A stretch of DNA of 64,000 nt from Cetorhinus maximus (GCF_964194155.1 NC_135895.1:26474001-26538000), one strand, 5' to 3'; shown: positions 12,769-25,189, counted from the stretch's first letter. Program-made: numbers and translations. The notes: a model not told the origin generated them from the letters alone.

Positions 12769-14039
12769 CTACCCTTTGCAAGGAAAATTAAGTTCCAACA
12801 TGCATGTACATCTTGGGACCTAACTTTCAGCATTAAATTCGATGTCAAATTGAGGTGAGCACTGAGTTTAAGCAGCAACTGTTCTCTTCGTCTCTTTCAG
12901 TGATGAATGAATGAGCTGATGGTTCTAATCAGATGAGGCAAAAGCAGGTCCAAAATATCTTCTGGGTTCAGCAATACTTTTCATACTAATGTGAGGAATT
13001 AGAATGTGAAGAACCAGATACAACTGAAGTGCTGCTGTTGGCATTGTGGTGGTGTTTGAAGACGATAGTGAATAGAATAATTCCATCCATTGTAGGATGA
13101 TTTCACTGTGTTTTACTTCCACATGTGCACCTGAACCACAGTGACCGCTGAAAGCATTTGGTCACCCCTGCATGAAAATAGTTCCATTCAAGATCTCAAA
13201 CTTCCAATCGACATGTTGTTAACAATCAATTAACTAGCAAAAATGAGCTGATGGATAATATCCTGAGGGCCAACAGTGCCTAGAAATACACTTGTAGGTA
13301 TAAATTTATTAATACAAGAGTTTCCCCTCAATTGTGCTGGTGTTTTCAGTGCAAGTCCTCTGAAATTGGTGTAACCAGTGCAAAGCATCTTGGAATTTTA
13401 AGCACAAATTGTGTTCAAAGCAACTCAAGTTTCCAGGGTCTCTTGCATTAGTTTAAAATAAATCTCATCAAATGCAGTCCTTGTCCACAAAATTGTCACG
13501 CTACCAGAGTGAATGAATCCGCGTTGGGAGTTTTCACTAATTACACTCATCTTTAGGCCTTTGAGGAGACTCCAAAAATTAAGCTGAAATTTTTGGGTGC
13601 AAAGATACTAATAAACACTTTTCCAAAGGTTTTGAATTTTTTTTCAATTTATTAAGGGAAGGTCCACTCCACCCAATGTAGCTAGAAAATATTTTTGAAA
13701 ACTCATTTTCAGTCATTTAAAATTGGGTTACACACATTGATAGTGATCTAAAATGCTTATTTTTTTTGTAATAAATGCATTTCCAGCTGTATTAATCAAA
13801 CCTCACCATGTTACCACTCTTAAATATATCAATGAATATTTTAAAGCAATGTTTTTCAAAATTACTTTATAAAACATTGCCCAATTATGTTGGTTTATGA
13901 CAGATTTCGCATTTGGTGATTTGCAAATATGTTTGAGCGGAAACTCCACAAAAAAAGTACCTTCTGAAGCAGGTGCAATTTTGGGTACAATTTGGGTACA
14001 ATTGCACCCTTAGCAGAAACTCTACTCCATAATATTTTT

Positions 14040-15550
14040 TTTATTCTCTCATGGGATGTGGGCATTACTGTCAAGGCCAGCATTTATTCCTGTTATGACA
14101 TGGTAGATGATGTGTGCCCGGCGGACCAAATCCACAAGGGAAACCTGGTCGCACTATCACAACAGTTTTGCAATTTGTATTTATTACGAGATGTGTGCAC
14201 TGAATTCAGAAGTAATAAGTCCACCAAGACCTTTAGAGATTTTTAAAAATTAAAATAAAAATATTTATTAACAAAATAAAACCTGTCAAGCACATACATA
14301 AGACTACAATTACTATTATAATAACTCCTGAAATTCCTAATTAACCTGACTCCCAGTTACACCCCCCTTTAAGGCAACCATCCACTGTAGGTTTTAGATT
14401 TAAAACAAACTCAGCAAGCTAACAGAATAACCAGGACCGTGGAATTCCAAATGCCTTTTCTCCAGTTTTAGTTCCATTAGACAGCAGACAAATGCAAAAA
14501 ATGCTGGCGGCTTCATTAAGGTTATTTCCCCCATCTTACATGGCCTTCTCCTGACGCATACCCTTTCACTCCCCTTTATATATGTTTCTCTCTTTTAAAT
14601 ATGTCATACGTCTTTGAAACTGTACCTTCCTCATAACATAAAAACTTCTATGTTATCAATATATTATCAGTAACTTTTGGGAAAAATAAACAGGTTCCTT
14701 AGCCTTGCTTATCTGACTAGTTGTAAACAGAAAAATCCCTTTGAAATCCAAATATCCCTTCATTTATCTAAAAATGCAAATTATCTTCACACCTTACTTG
14801 CTAAGCCAGCATCCATGTTTACTCATTAGCATGTCAAGCACCGAGCTTCTTTTGATGACTTAAACTTGCAGTCTGCTTGACTCCATATGTAATTAAATCA
14901 CACAGACAGACCCAACTATACTCACCCCCATAAACCTACTTCACAATAAACTAGAAAAATACTATGAAAGTTATTATACTTTCATGACAATTGCCCATTC
15001 CTACTTGCCCCTGAGGAGTTGGTGATGAGCCACCAATTTGAACTGCTGCAGTTCATGTGGTTTAGGTATCCCTGCAGTTAAGGAGATTCTCCCAGGATTT
15101 TTCCCCAGTGATAGTGAAGGAAAGGTAATATATTTCCAAGGAGATAGTGTGTAACTTGGAGGGGAACATGTAGGCGGTGGTGTTCCAATACATCTGCTGT
15201 CTTTGTTCTTCTAGGTGGTGGAGGGCACAGGATTGGAAGGTGCTGACGAAGGAATGTTAGTGAGTTGCTGCAGTGCATCTCAGTGCACTTGTCCAGGCAG
15301 GTGGAGAGTATTTCATCACACCCCTGGCTTCTGCCTTGCAGATGGTGGACGGGTTTTGGGGAGTCAGCGGATGAGTTACCTGCTGCAGAATTCCCCTGAC
15401 CTGCCATAGTATCTTTGTGGCTGGTCAGGTTAAGGTTCTGGTCAATAGTGACCCACAGGATGTTAATGGTAACAACACTGAATGTCAAGGGGAGATGGTT
15501 AGATGGTCTCTTGTCGGAGATGGTCATTGCCTGGCACTTGTGTGGTGCGT
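14040..15550 (-). mobile_element. ATGAAT-tail LINE 3' fragment interrupted by a solo LTR
   Basis: 14040-14090 and 14990-15550 join to give the reverse complement of the 43350-44790 LINE sequence. Confidence 0.85.
14091..14989 (-). mobile_element. Solo LTR of an LTR retrotransposon or endogenous retrovirus (899 bp)
   Basis: TGTTATGA...TCATGACA termini, flanked by ATTCC/ATTGC (5-bp TSD, one mismatch); cleanly splits a LINE; TATA-like TATATAAAG on minus near 14575-14583. Confidence 0.8.
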
Positions 15551-15626
15551 CTCCATTATATAGGGTTAAAAGCTTGCTTTACCATGGAAGGTGATTGAAT
15601 GTTTTGGCACTGAGGTCCTAAACATA

Positions 15627-16986
15627 GGCCTGAATTTTTACTCCCAGGTCGGGAGTGCAGAGTCGGTATAAATTCCGGCTCCGCAAGCCCAACCCGGGAA
15701 AAAGTGACCTGGAAGGTCAGATTTTTGGATCGGAGGGAAGTTGAAAATGGAAGTTGTGGCGGGCAATCACAGAAAGAGGTCAGAGGCTGCTGGATGTGGA
15801 GGTGGGCTGGGCAACAGGCCAGCCTCAGTGTACCAGAACTTTGTTGAGGCTATGAAAATAAATAATAAAACAAAAACAGCCCCCCAGTCCTCACCCGTCA
15901 CACAATCCCCATACCCAATCCATGCCAACCCATGCCACATCGAGCTTCAACCTGACCCCCAAGCAGCCTCATACCCTTCATGCCAACCTTGGTCCCTCTA
16001 CCCACCCCCATTGGTCTTTCATAGCCCCGATGCCAACTTAGTGCTTGCTTATGCCAACCCTTGCCTCCCACCCACCAGCCTTTCTCCTTATACCTACCAT
16101 GCCAACTCACCCAGTATCTACCATGGAAGACCTCAGGACCCATGTTGAAATCAAATAAAGTTCCAAAGTGTCTATTGATAAATTCACTATTTCAAAAAAA
16201 ACTCTCATTGATAAAAACCCATTCACTACATATAAACTCCTTTAATCCCTTCTGAGCACAAGCATTTCCATTCATAGTCCCATTTCAAAGAGTTTATAAT
16301 CACTTGGAGCTGTCAATCAAACGGAGCTGACAAACACCCTACTGTGATAATGAAAGGTTGTGAAATCAGTCATGCAGTACAAATCCTGTGATAATAGTCC
16401 TCAGGCTTATGTCAGCTGACAAGAGTAAAATATCAAACACTGATTTTTAAAAATATTTCAGACTGCTTTTTAAATTTAAAGGACAGGAGTTTTAAACGCC
16501 TTGACAGCTGTCTTGACCGTTCTTTTGACTTGACAGTTCTCTTGACAGCTATCTTGAGCCTTCTTATGACAGTTTCCTTGGCAGTTCCAATGAGTTTCAC
16601 GGTTCTAATGAGTTTATGCACAATTTTAACAATCCCAAAGGCCACCTTACCACCCCCAAAGGACTACATCAAAAATGGAACCCTACCTCTCCAAAAGTAC
16701 CAGCTTCCCCAAAGAACTCTGGCAGCTTTAGATCTTCCCCTATCTGGTCTAAAGTGCACAATTTGTGTTTTGGACATACCACTAGCCAAAATCAGATCTG
16801 ATTTAGGCAGCTACATTTTGACATGTACAGTTGTCTCCATGAACCACGGGAGTGTAAATCAGAACCCGCCCCCATTTCCCACCCCTGTGTAAATGGCGGG
16901 GGTCGGATTCAGGGGCGAGATTTCTGGATCTGGGCCTCAAATGTCATTTCTGCAAAGACATCCCCATCTGCGTAAAAATTTGGGAC
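15627..16986. mobile_element. 1.36-kb non-autonomous PIF/Harbinger-type element
   Basis: TIRs GGCCTGAATTTTTAC / GTAAAAATTTGGGAC with ATA on both sides (15624-15626, 16987-16989). Confidence 0.75.
16500..16610. repeat. Degenerate 12-bp-period minisatellite (TTGACAG-based)
   Basis: Units start at 16502, 16514, 16526, 16531, 16543, 16555, 16567, 16579. Confidence 0.75.
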
Positions 16987-17122
16987 ATAGTATCCATAAT
17001 CTATGTAAATTATTGTGCGTTATCATTTAGCTTAATTATTCCTCTTTTTAGCCTCATGCTTTTTGTTCTTGACTTTCAAGTGAATTCTCCAAATCAAAAG
17101 GTAATCCAATTCAAAAATCCAA

Positions 17123-17270
17123 TTAGATCAGCCATGATCTTATTGCATGGTGAAGCAGTCTCGAGGGGCCGAGTGGCCTTCTCCTGCCCATAATTCATAT
17201 AGAGTCATAGAGGTCTACACACAGAAAAAGGCCCTTCAGCCCATCGAGTCTGCACTGGTTGAACAAGTAC
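17123..17270. mobile_element. Two short CR1 3' tails in opposite orientation
   Basis: 17123-17200 matches the 3' UTR at 33735-33800; 17200-17270 is the reverse complement of the tail at 3080-3150. Confidence 0.7.
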
Positions 17271-17769
17271 ACATGTTCGTATGTCCTAATTCATGTGTAA
17301 AAGTAATTTTTCCTAATTTTCTCTGAATGACCCCTCTTCTTGGAGTTCAATTTTCCCTTAGATTTTTCCCTCTTACAATCGAACTTGTAAAACACTCAAA
17401 AAAAAAGCCACAAATTTTTTTATATTTGCAATAACTTTAATGATATTCACTTTGTGTTGCATAAATAAATAGCAAGTAGATTAAACATACAACAGAAAGA
17501 AATAGATCAGTTGATTTTATGTGGAGAATGCAAATACACAGAAGGATAGCTAGAAAACCAGTTTAATACACAGAAGGCTGATTAAATTTAAAATGTGTAT
17601 AGAAGAGTTTGTTGGTATATATTGTGAATCTTTGGGAAAATTATCAAATATTCAACATGAACATGTGGCATAACAATTAGATGTGCAGTTTGTAAGTAAC
17701 ATACTGGCAAAGGCTTAATCGCATGCAGTGTATAAATAGCAGAAATTGCCAACGCTTTCATGCCCTCAC

Positions 17770-17975
17770 CTCTATATACTTCTATAACCTTACAGTCATT
17801 CCCTCCAAGTTCTCCAATCCTCTGACTGCATCACCACCTCACCCTTTCTTCATCCCGCCGTCACATGCCCTTCAGCCACCTTATCCTCACAGTCTGGCAG
17901 TTTCTTCCTAAACCTCTTTTCTCTCCAGTTACAACCCTCCTTAAAACCCACCTCTTTGACTAAGGTTTTGACCAC
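17770..17975 (+). mobile_element. L2-type LINE 3' fragment
   Basis: CCTTCAGCC...TCTGG...CCTCCTTAAAACCCACCTCTTTGAC (LLKTHLFD-like ORF2 end). Confidence 0.6.
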
Positions 17976-18264
17976 TGTTCCTTCAGACCAGTTGTTCTTT
18001 GATTAATCCTGTGTTTTATTTTATTTGTTCATGGAATGGGGGCATTGCTAGCTAGGCCAGCATATATTGCCCATTCCTAATTGCTCTTGAGAACTGAGTG
18101 GCTTGCTAGGCCATTTCAGAGGGCATTTAAGAGTCAACCACATTGCTGTGGATCTGGAGTCACATGTAGGCCAGACCAGGTAAGGATGGCAGCTTACCTT
18201 CCCTAAAGGATATTAGTGAGCCAGATGGGTTTTTATGACAGCCATTGTCATCATTAGACTTTTA

Positions 18265-18937
18265 GGCCAGAATATTTGGGTCGGCGAATGGGGGCGGGGC
18301 CCACTTGCCGACATGTAAAATGACGCAGGGTGACGTCGGGCGTGCGCCCCAATGTCACTGCGCGTCAGTCAGATTTTCAGCTCAGCGGGCACGCAGCCAA
18401 ACTGTCAAAGGCCTATTAAGGCCATTTAAATATCAATTAAAACACTTAACGGAGCTGTCCGTCCAACCTTAAGGTTGGCGGGCAGGTGAAGAGCCCAGGT
18501 GGCCTTCGCATTTATCATGAAACCTCGTCCACGGGCAGGATGAGGTTTCATGAAGATTTTTAAAGTTTAGTAAAAATTTTTAATAACGTTCATACACTTG
18601 TCCCAGCTCATGTGGCACTTTCACATGAGGTGACATGTCTTAATTTTTTTTCTTCTTTATTAAAATTTTTAGAACTTTGACTAATCTCCCTGAGGCAGCT
18701 CTGTACGCACATGTGCGAAAGAGTGCAGCCCCCGATTCAGGCAACCTACCCCCCCCCCCACCGCCGCCAACACAGGGAGGGCTCACCACTTCCGGTCACG
18801 CATCACACTGGGTGGGCCTTAATTGGCCTGCCCACGTAAAATGGCGGCACCCAGCCGATTGGGGGTGCCGATTGGCTGCGTGCCCACCCGCACCCGCCCC
18901 CACAGAACACCCCACCGACGGGGAGAAAATTCTCCCC
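18265..18937 (-). mobile_element. Hairpin-chain Harbinger-type MITE, copy 1
   Basis: TIRs GGCCAGAATATTT / AAAATTCTCCCC; TSD TTA (18262-18264, 18938-18940). Confidence 0.88.
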
Positions 18938-19024
18938 TTAATTCCAGATGTTTATCGATTGAATTCAAAGTTCACCATCTGGTGTGTTGGAATTTGAACC
19001 CGGGTCCCCAGAGCATTTCCCTAG

Positions 19025-19707
19025 GGCCTGAATTTTTCAGTTGGCGGGCGAGCTCGGCAGGAGTGGACAGGGGTGGTCGTGGAGTCGATCGCCATCCGGG
19101 ATTGCCTCCGCGCCACCATTTCACGCGGGCGGGCCAATTAAGGCCCACCCAGAGTAAGACACGAGCTATAGCGCTCAGCGCTACCGGTACAGGCGGAGAG
19201 GAGAGAGAGAGAGTCAGGGCCAGAGCGTTTCAATCTCCCTGAGGCACAAGCTGCCTCAGGAAGAATGAAACAGTCTTCAAATAAATAAATAAGCGGATTG
19301 AAAATTTATTTAAACGTGTCCCCTCATGACACAGTCACATGAGATGGGACATATTTTTTGTATTCGATAAAAAAATTTAATGTAATTAATAAAAGCTTTA
19401 GGAAACCTCATCCCGCTCGTAAATGAGGTTTCCCAAAAAAACGTGAAGGCCGCTTGGCCTTTTTGCCTGCCCAGCAACCATAAGGTTGGACGGGCAGCGT
19501 CAACAATGACCTTAATTACTTCCTTAATGGCCTTAATAGGCCGTTTAAATAATGGCGGGTGTGCAGCCGACTCCTCTGCGCGACCGCCAAACGAAACATC
19601 GCGAGACAGCGCGATGACATTGGGACGCATTCCCAATGTCATCGCGCGTCATTTTACACGCTGGTATGTCGGCCCCACCCCTGCACGCCAACGGAAAAAT
19701 TCAGGCC
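19025..19707 (+). mobile_element. Hairpin-chain Harbinger-type MITE, copy 2
   Basis: Perfect 14-bp TIR GGCCTGAATTTTTC / GAAAAATTCAGGCC; TSD TAG (19022-19024, 19708-19710). Confidence 0.9.
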
Positions 19708-19805
19708 TAGGTTTCTGGATTACTAGTCCAGTGACAATACCACGACGCCGCCACCACCCCCCCGCGTGAAGCATCTTAGGCTGTTTCGAAATGCTAAAGG
19801 CGCTA

Positions 19806-20151
19806 CAGGCAAATCTCTGATAGCTGGAACGAGAAGTGCCAGTTAATCAAATACGTCGGTTAACTGAGATGCAAGGTGAGCTCTGCGTTTTCATCCAATG
19901 AGAAAGCTCCAGGACGATCACACGGGTGCTGAGGTCTCGCGAGAGGTGCGGGAGTGCGCGAATGGAGTGAGCGGCACTGAGGGGAGACGGTCCTGCAGGG
20001 CAATGGGAAGCTGAGACCAGAGCAAGGACAGGCCGCTGACAACTGTTATCGGTGAGTTTGACGTCTCCAATCAAAAAGCAGACCCGACTTCAGAATTCTG
20101 GCTAATAGAGAATTCCAGTTGGTAGAATGCCGGATAACAGAAATTTTGCTG
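19806..20151. mobile_element. Tc1/mariner (Tigger/pogo-like) MITE
   Basis: TA|CAGGCAAATCTCTGATAGCTGG ... CCGGATAACAGAAATTTTGCTG|TA: imperfect TIRs with TA TSD. Confidence 0.7.
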
Positions 20152-20269
20152 TATATCAATCAAAGTTGCTGCCTTCGTTGTTGATTCTATATACAATATG
20201 CAAATAATATACAAGCAGAAGTTTAACCAAACGAAGTTAGCAAATACACAGCTGTCTGATTAACAATGC

Positions 20270-20560
20270 CGAGGCCAGTACTAGGGCCACTGGTCTCTTT
20301 CTGATCTATGGTAATGACCCGGGCTATGGGTATAGAAGGCATAATTTCAAAGTTTGCGAATGACACAAAACTTGGAAATGTGAGGATAGTAGCAGCCTTC
20401 CGGATAGCACAGACAGACTGATATCACAGGCAGACACATGGTGCATGAAATTTTGATGCTTAGAAATGTAAAGAGATGCATTTGGAAAGGAAGAATAAGG
20501 AGAGGAAGTAAATATAAACTAAATAGTACAATTTTGAAAGGGGTGCAGGAACAGAGGGGT
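20270..20560 (+). mobile_element. Old CR1 RT fragment
   Basis: ISKFANDTKLG (decayed KFADDTKL motif) at about 20341-20375. Confidence 0.75.
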
Positions 20561-20939
20561 GGAGATTATGGACCCTGCCAGAGTATTTGAAGGTAGGGAG
20601 AGCTTGTAAAATACAATTCCTGGCCTTCCCACTGCATTCCTGCCCACCACTACCTGTCTCCCACTTAATGGTGGGCAGGGGAGGCATCAGGCAGCCCGTC
20701 TGCCCTTGGGCCTAATGAGACTCTTATGTGGCCAATTAACATCCACTTAAGTGCCTCATTCTGCCCTGCCACTATTTTACCCTTGGCAGGGGGAGCCCCA
20801 GTCTAATCTTTCACCCCACGGGCTAGTGTCCGGCAAAAATGGAGGAGGGTTCCCTGTGCTCATCGGAGGCACCCCTGCCATAAGCCATACTCCCCTCCTT
20901 AATCCTTCTGCCAGCCTCTCAAATCCAGCGCCCTCACCC

Positions 20940-21040
20940 ATCACCACCCCGCCCTGCCACCCACCCCACCCCTCCAGCCCCCCTGCCCCCCCCCCCCCCC
21001 CCCCCCCCACCCCCGCCCCCCCACCACCACCCCACCAACC
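20940..21040. repeat. C-rich low-complexity tract (G-quadruplex-capable on minus strand)
   Basis: Long poly-C run and CCACC repeats. Confidence 0.85.
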
Positions 21041-21194
21041 TCAATGGGGTCTGCCAGCCAGGCACAGTCGATATCCCCAGACTTGCAGTCCGAGCTCCTT
21101 ACCTCTTCTTTGGGTACAGGCTGCAGTCGCAGCAGTGGTTACCCTTGAACCGGTTTGCTGGAACTACCGACCAATCAGATTGGCCTACTACCCC

Positions 21195-21554
21195 TCGATG
21201 ACACACCTCCTGGTTGACTGCAAACATCAGCAACCGCAACCTGGTCACCGACCCAAGTGGTGACATCCCAGGTTTCAACCTTCTACGAAAAATCTGGACA
21301 GCTCTCAACCATTTGAGGGTGGGCCAGGGAAGATGTGACCACTTGTTCCTCAAGTGGGACATGAGGAATAGCTCAAGTTGTGACTGTGGCCATCTAAATC
21401 GGACCACTGCAAATATACTGAACTTCTACCCTAAGAAATCCATCCCTGGTGACATTACAGCCATTCTCACACTGCCAGCTGAAGCCATTGAATGGGTTAT
21501 TAACTTTGACATCAAACTATATCTGCTTCCCCATTCATTCGTGTTAAAAAAAAA
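21195..21554 (+). mobile_element. 3' end of a non-LTR retrotransposon with C-terminal zinc knuckle (Ingi/Vingi-like, clade uncertain)
   Basis: PGFNLLRKIWTALNHLRVGQGRCDHLFLKWDMRNSSSCDCGHLNRTTANI...P followed by an A-run at about 21546-21554. Confidence 0.7.
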
Positions 21555-22448
21555 GTGCCCAAGGGTTGTATGTACCTCTCAGGCTGAAGGATGGACTCGC
21601 TGCTATACAGGCATTTTCTTCTTTCTGTACTGTCCCTTCGACTTTGCTTTTAGCCATTAACAATGACGACAGTTTAAATGCCTGTTCCTTTTGCAGGCTG
21701 ATGAATGACTATTTCTTAAGCAAGCAAAACATTTTTGAGGCGCGTGTCCAGCCCTGAATGATTGTGTGGAACCTGGACACTCCCTGGCTCAGGTGAAGCT
21801 GAATTGCAATGGTCCCTCAAGGCATACTATGATTCTTAAGTCGAGCACCACCTTAAAGGGGGCATTAGTTGTGCCCGTGATCTCGTCGTAGTTTAATGCA
21901 AGGCTGGAACACAAGTTGAAATCTGTCGTGGTTTCTGTGGTTATGTTTACTGCACTACAGTTTATTACTTTATCTGTGATGATAGTTTCTTCCAATTCAT
22001 TTTTTTTTGCATTGATGAGGTTGTCCTTTTTATTGCGAGATATTGTTAGATGTTTATGATTGTTTTAAATAAAGTGATTCAAATGGAAATTCAATTTACT
22101 ACATGTAAATATATAAAAGGAAATATTTAACTTATCTAGCCACAACACAAGCATGTGAACTTATAGGAAAGAGGGAAACATTAAAATAATCAGCCACTAG
22201 ATGGTTTCATAATCTTAATGTGCAACACAAGACAGCTTTCCCGGAGAGACTAATTCCAAGAAACAGATTTAACCTTGGAATGCAAAGCTATCCAAAAGGC
22301 TACGAGAACTGTGGTGCAGATGTCCCTCTTTCCTCTCAGTTATTTTTATCACGATGTTTTAATTCTGGCGCATTGTCACGCAAGTAACCAATGCACTGAA
22401 ATCAAATCACAGATCACTCTCACCTTCTCAAATCGGCAAAAATAACAC

Positions 22449-23056
22449 GGGCAGGGTTTTCCCCTTGTGGGGGTGGGCGCGGCAGGCGGGCGTTTAACAG
22501 CCAGCCAGCGTGAAATGCGCACGGGGTGCCTCAGCGCTTCCGGGGTGGGGGCAAGAAGGAGCACGAGGTCTGAAGTCTGCCCATGAGTGGCGGGTGCGCT
22601 CAGTGAAAGCTCCCTGAAGGCACAGAGCTGCCTCAAGGGAGCTGAAGATTTTAAAAATGAAAAATGAAGAATCTGCAATTATTATGAGCATGTCCCCACC
22701 TGTGACTCAGTCACGTGAAAAAGGACATGTTAAAAACGAGTTTACATTTTTAAAAATTCATTGCTGGAAACCTCATCCCGCCCGTGCAGGAGGTTACGCA
22801 AAAAATGCAAAGGCTGCCAGGCCTATTCTGGCCTGGCCTGGCCAGTGAAAAAAATCTACTTTAATGAGCTGCTTAAGGGCCTTATTCGGCCTCTTAATTG
22901 TCGGTGGACGTGCTGCCGACTCTTGCATGCGCCCGCCGACAGAAAAATCGCGCAAGTGCCCAATGACCCTGGGACGCTCGCCCTACATCGTTGCGCGCTA
23001 TTTTACGCTCAGGCGTGTCAGGTACGCGCCCACATGCCAACCTGAAAATCCTGGCC
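22449..23056 (+). mobile_element. Hairpin-chain Harbinger-type MITE, copy 3 (internal deletions)
   Basis: TIRs GGGCAGGGTTTTC / GAAAATCCTGGCC and shared internal hairpins; no clean TSD. Confidence 0.8.
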
Positions 23057-23109
23057 CCGTGACTTTTTGTAAAGTTACATTTAAGTCCTGATGACTCGAG
23101 TCATGCCTG

Positions 23110-24880
23110 TATTTGAACATGTGATTCACAGGGGTCAAGATTTGCGACCTGCCCATGCATTGTTTTTATGGCGGCAGGCAATACACGAACTCGGTGCTGC
23201 TTCCTCATTTACCTGGTTGCAGTGTTGGTCCAAGTGGGGCGCTCAGCAGGGGGGCCATACAGCACGCAGTGATAGCATGTGGTGCAGCTCGCTTCTCTTA
23301 AAGGCAGTCTGTCCTTTTTAAAGGCGAGCTGCACTCAGTGGAAGACAGCTGCAGCTGGCCACCTGCACTGGCACTGGCTGTATGTGGGGGCTGCACAAAT
23401 GGAGTACAAGAGAAGAGGGAGGGCTGCAAGGTTCACGGGTGCAGTACTGGAGGTTTTACTGGTGGAGGTGGTCAGGTAGAGAGCGGCCATGTTTCCGGGC
23501 ATGGGAGGGGAGGAGGCCCTGAAGGACCACCCTTAGAAGGGAATGGAAGCAGTTGGTCAGGGCAATGCTTGTTGATGTGGTGTACAGGGACCTCCAAAGG
23601 CATTTGATACAGCGCCTCACAACAGGCTAATGAGCAAAATTATAGCCCATTGAATAAAAGGGATAGGAGCAACATGGATACAAAATTGGCTGAGTGACAG
23701 GAAACAGAGAGTAGTGGTTAATGGATGTTTTTCAGGCTGCAAGAAGGTTTGTAGTGGAGTTCCCTAGGGTCAGTGTTGGTGCCTTTGCTCTTCCTTATAT
23801 ATATATATTAATAACCGAGACCTTGGTATACAGGGTACAATTTCAAAATTTGTGGATGATACGAAACTTGGAAGTATCATGAGCTGTGAGGAGGTTAGTG
23901 TAGAATTTCAAAAGGACATAGACTAGTTGGTGGAATGGGCAGTCAGGTGGCAGATGAAGTTCAAAGATGAAGTGAAATGATTCATTTTGGTAGAAAGAAC
24001 ATGGCGAGATAATATGAAATAAAGGATACAACTCTGAAGGGGATGCAGGAGCAGAGGGACATGGGTGCATATGCACATCAGTCATTGAAAGTGGCAGGAC
24101 AGGTTGAGAGAGCAGTTAATAAAGTATACAGTATCCTACGCTTTATTAATGGGACCTTAGAGCACAAGAGCAAGGAGGTTATGTTAAACCTGTACAAGAC
24201 ATTAGTTCAGTGTCAGCTGGAGTATTGAATCCAGTTCTGGGCACAGCACTTTAGGAAGGATGTGAAGGCATTAGAGAGGGTGCAGAAAAGATTCATGAGA
24301 ATGGTTCCAGAGATGAGGAACTTCAGTTATGAAGATATTTTGGAGGAGTTAAAACTGTGTTTTCTTGGAGAAGAGAAGGCTGAGAGGAGATTTGATAGAG
24401 ATATTCAAGATCATGGGAGGTCTGGACAGAATAGATTGGGAGAAATTATTCCCACTTGTGAAAGGATTGAGGACAAGAGGTCACAGATTTAAAGTAATTG
24501 GCAAAAGAAGCAAAAGCGACATGAGGAAAAACTTTTTCCACACAATGAGTAGTTAGGGTCTGGGATCCACTGCCTGAGAGTGTGGTGGAGGCAGGTTCAA
24601 TTGAAGCATTCAAAAGGGAATTAGATTTTATTTGAAATGGAAGAATGTGCAGGGTTGCGGGGAGAATGGTGGGGGGCGGGGGAATGGCACTAGGTGAATT
24701 GCTCATTTGGAGAGCAGGTGCACACATGATGGGCCAAATGGCCACCTTCTGCATTGTAACAATTCTGTGATCCTGAGGTGGCCAAGAAGGTCAATGCAAG
24801 GAAATTGGCCTAAAGACCTGGTTAAAGTGCTACTAAAGGTTTCATTTGCTCACTTGGGTGGTCAAGATCAGTGAATGCAT
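23110..24880 (+). mobile_element. Harbinger Myb/SANT exon-1 relic split by a CR1 insertion
   Basis: RAARFTGAVLEVLLVEVVR at about 23420-23476; EVAKKVNAR resumes at about 24775 after the CR1. Confidence 0.6.
23576..24770 (+). mobile_element. CR1 LINE 3' fragment (RT domain to tail)
   Basis: FDTAPHNRL, WIQNWLSDRKQRVVVNG, SKFVDDTKL, LYKTLV...LEY, ALERVQKRFMRMVP with stops and frameshifts. Confidence 0.92.
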
Positions 24881-25189
24881 CTTCATATGATATCATCAAA
24901 GCACCGCACCACCAAAGTATCAGACTGCTCAATGCACTACAACCCCATCATTCACCCATCAGCAGCCCTGGCATTCAGGATTCATGCCCAACACATTCCA
25001 TCTCATCCTCATGCAGATTCCAATGCTGCCAACTTCATCCCCACCTCCCACTACTTCCAACTACCTCCAGCTATTCAGCTGTGGCATCAGGCACAGCATC
25101 CAAACACAGTGCAAAACAATCATTGACATTCTTCCCTCTCTCTTGCAGGACAAGGTTGCACACAATATAAGGAAGCAGAGTTAGATGGA

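Larger units (their letters stand above)
18015..19765 (-). mobile_element. tRNA-derived SINE with LINE-derived tail, split by two MITE insertions
   Basis: Removing 18265-18937 and 19025-19707 gives a minus-strand element with A-box-like GGCGTCGTGG, B-box GGTTCAAATTCC, and a 3' end matching the ATGAAT-tail LINE. Confidence 0.8.

Noticed and set aside
20751-21263. 170-aa Pro-rich ORF
   Set aside because: Spans a poly-C tract inside degenerate repeat sequence.
21697-21792. Strong acceptor (TTCCTTTTGCAG) followed by a possible GTGAAG donor
   Set aside because: All three frames contain stops and the donor is weak; could only be a non-coding or terminal exon, unsupported.
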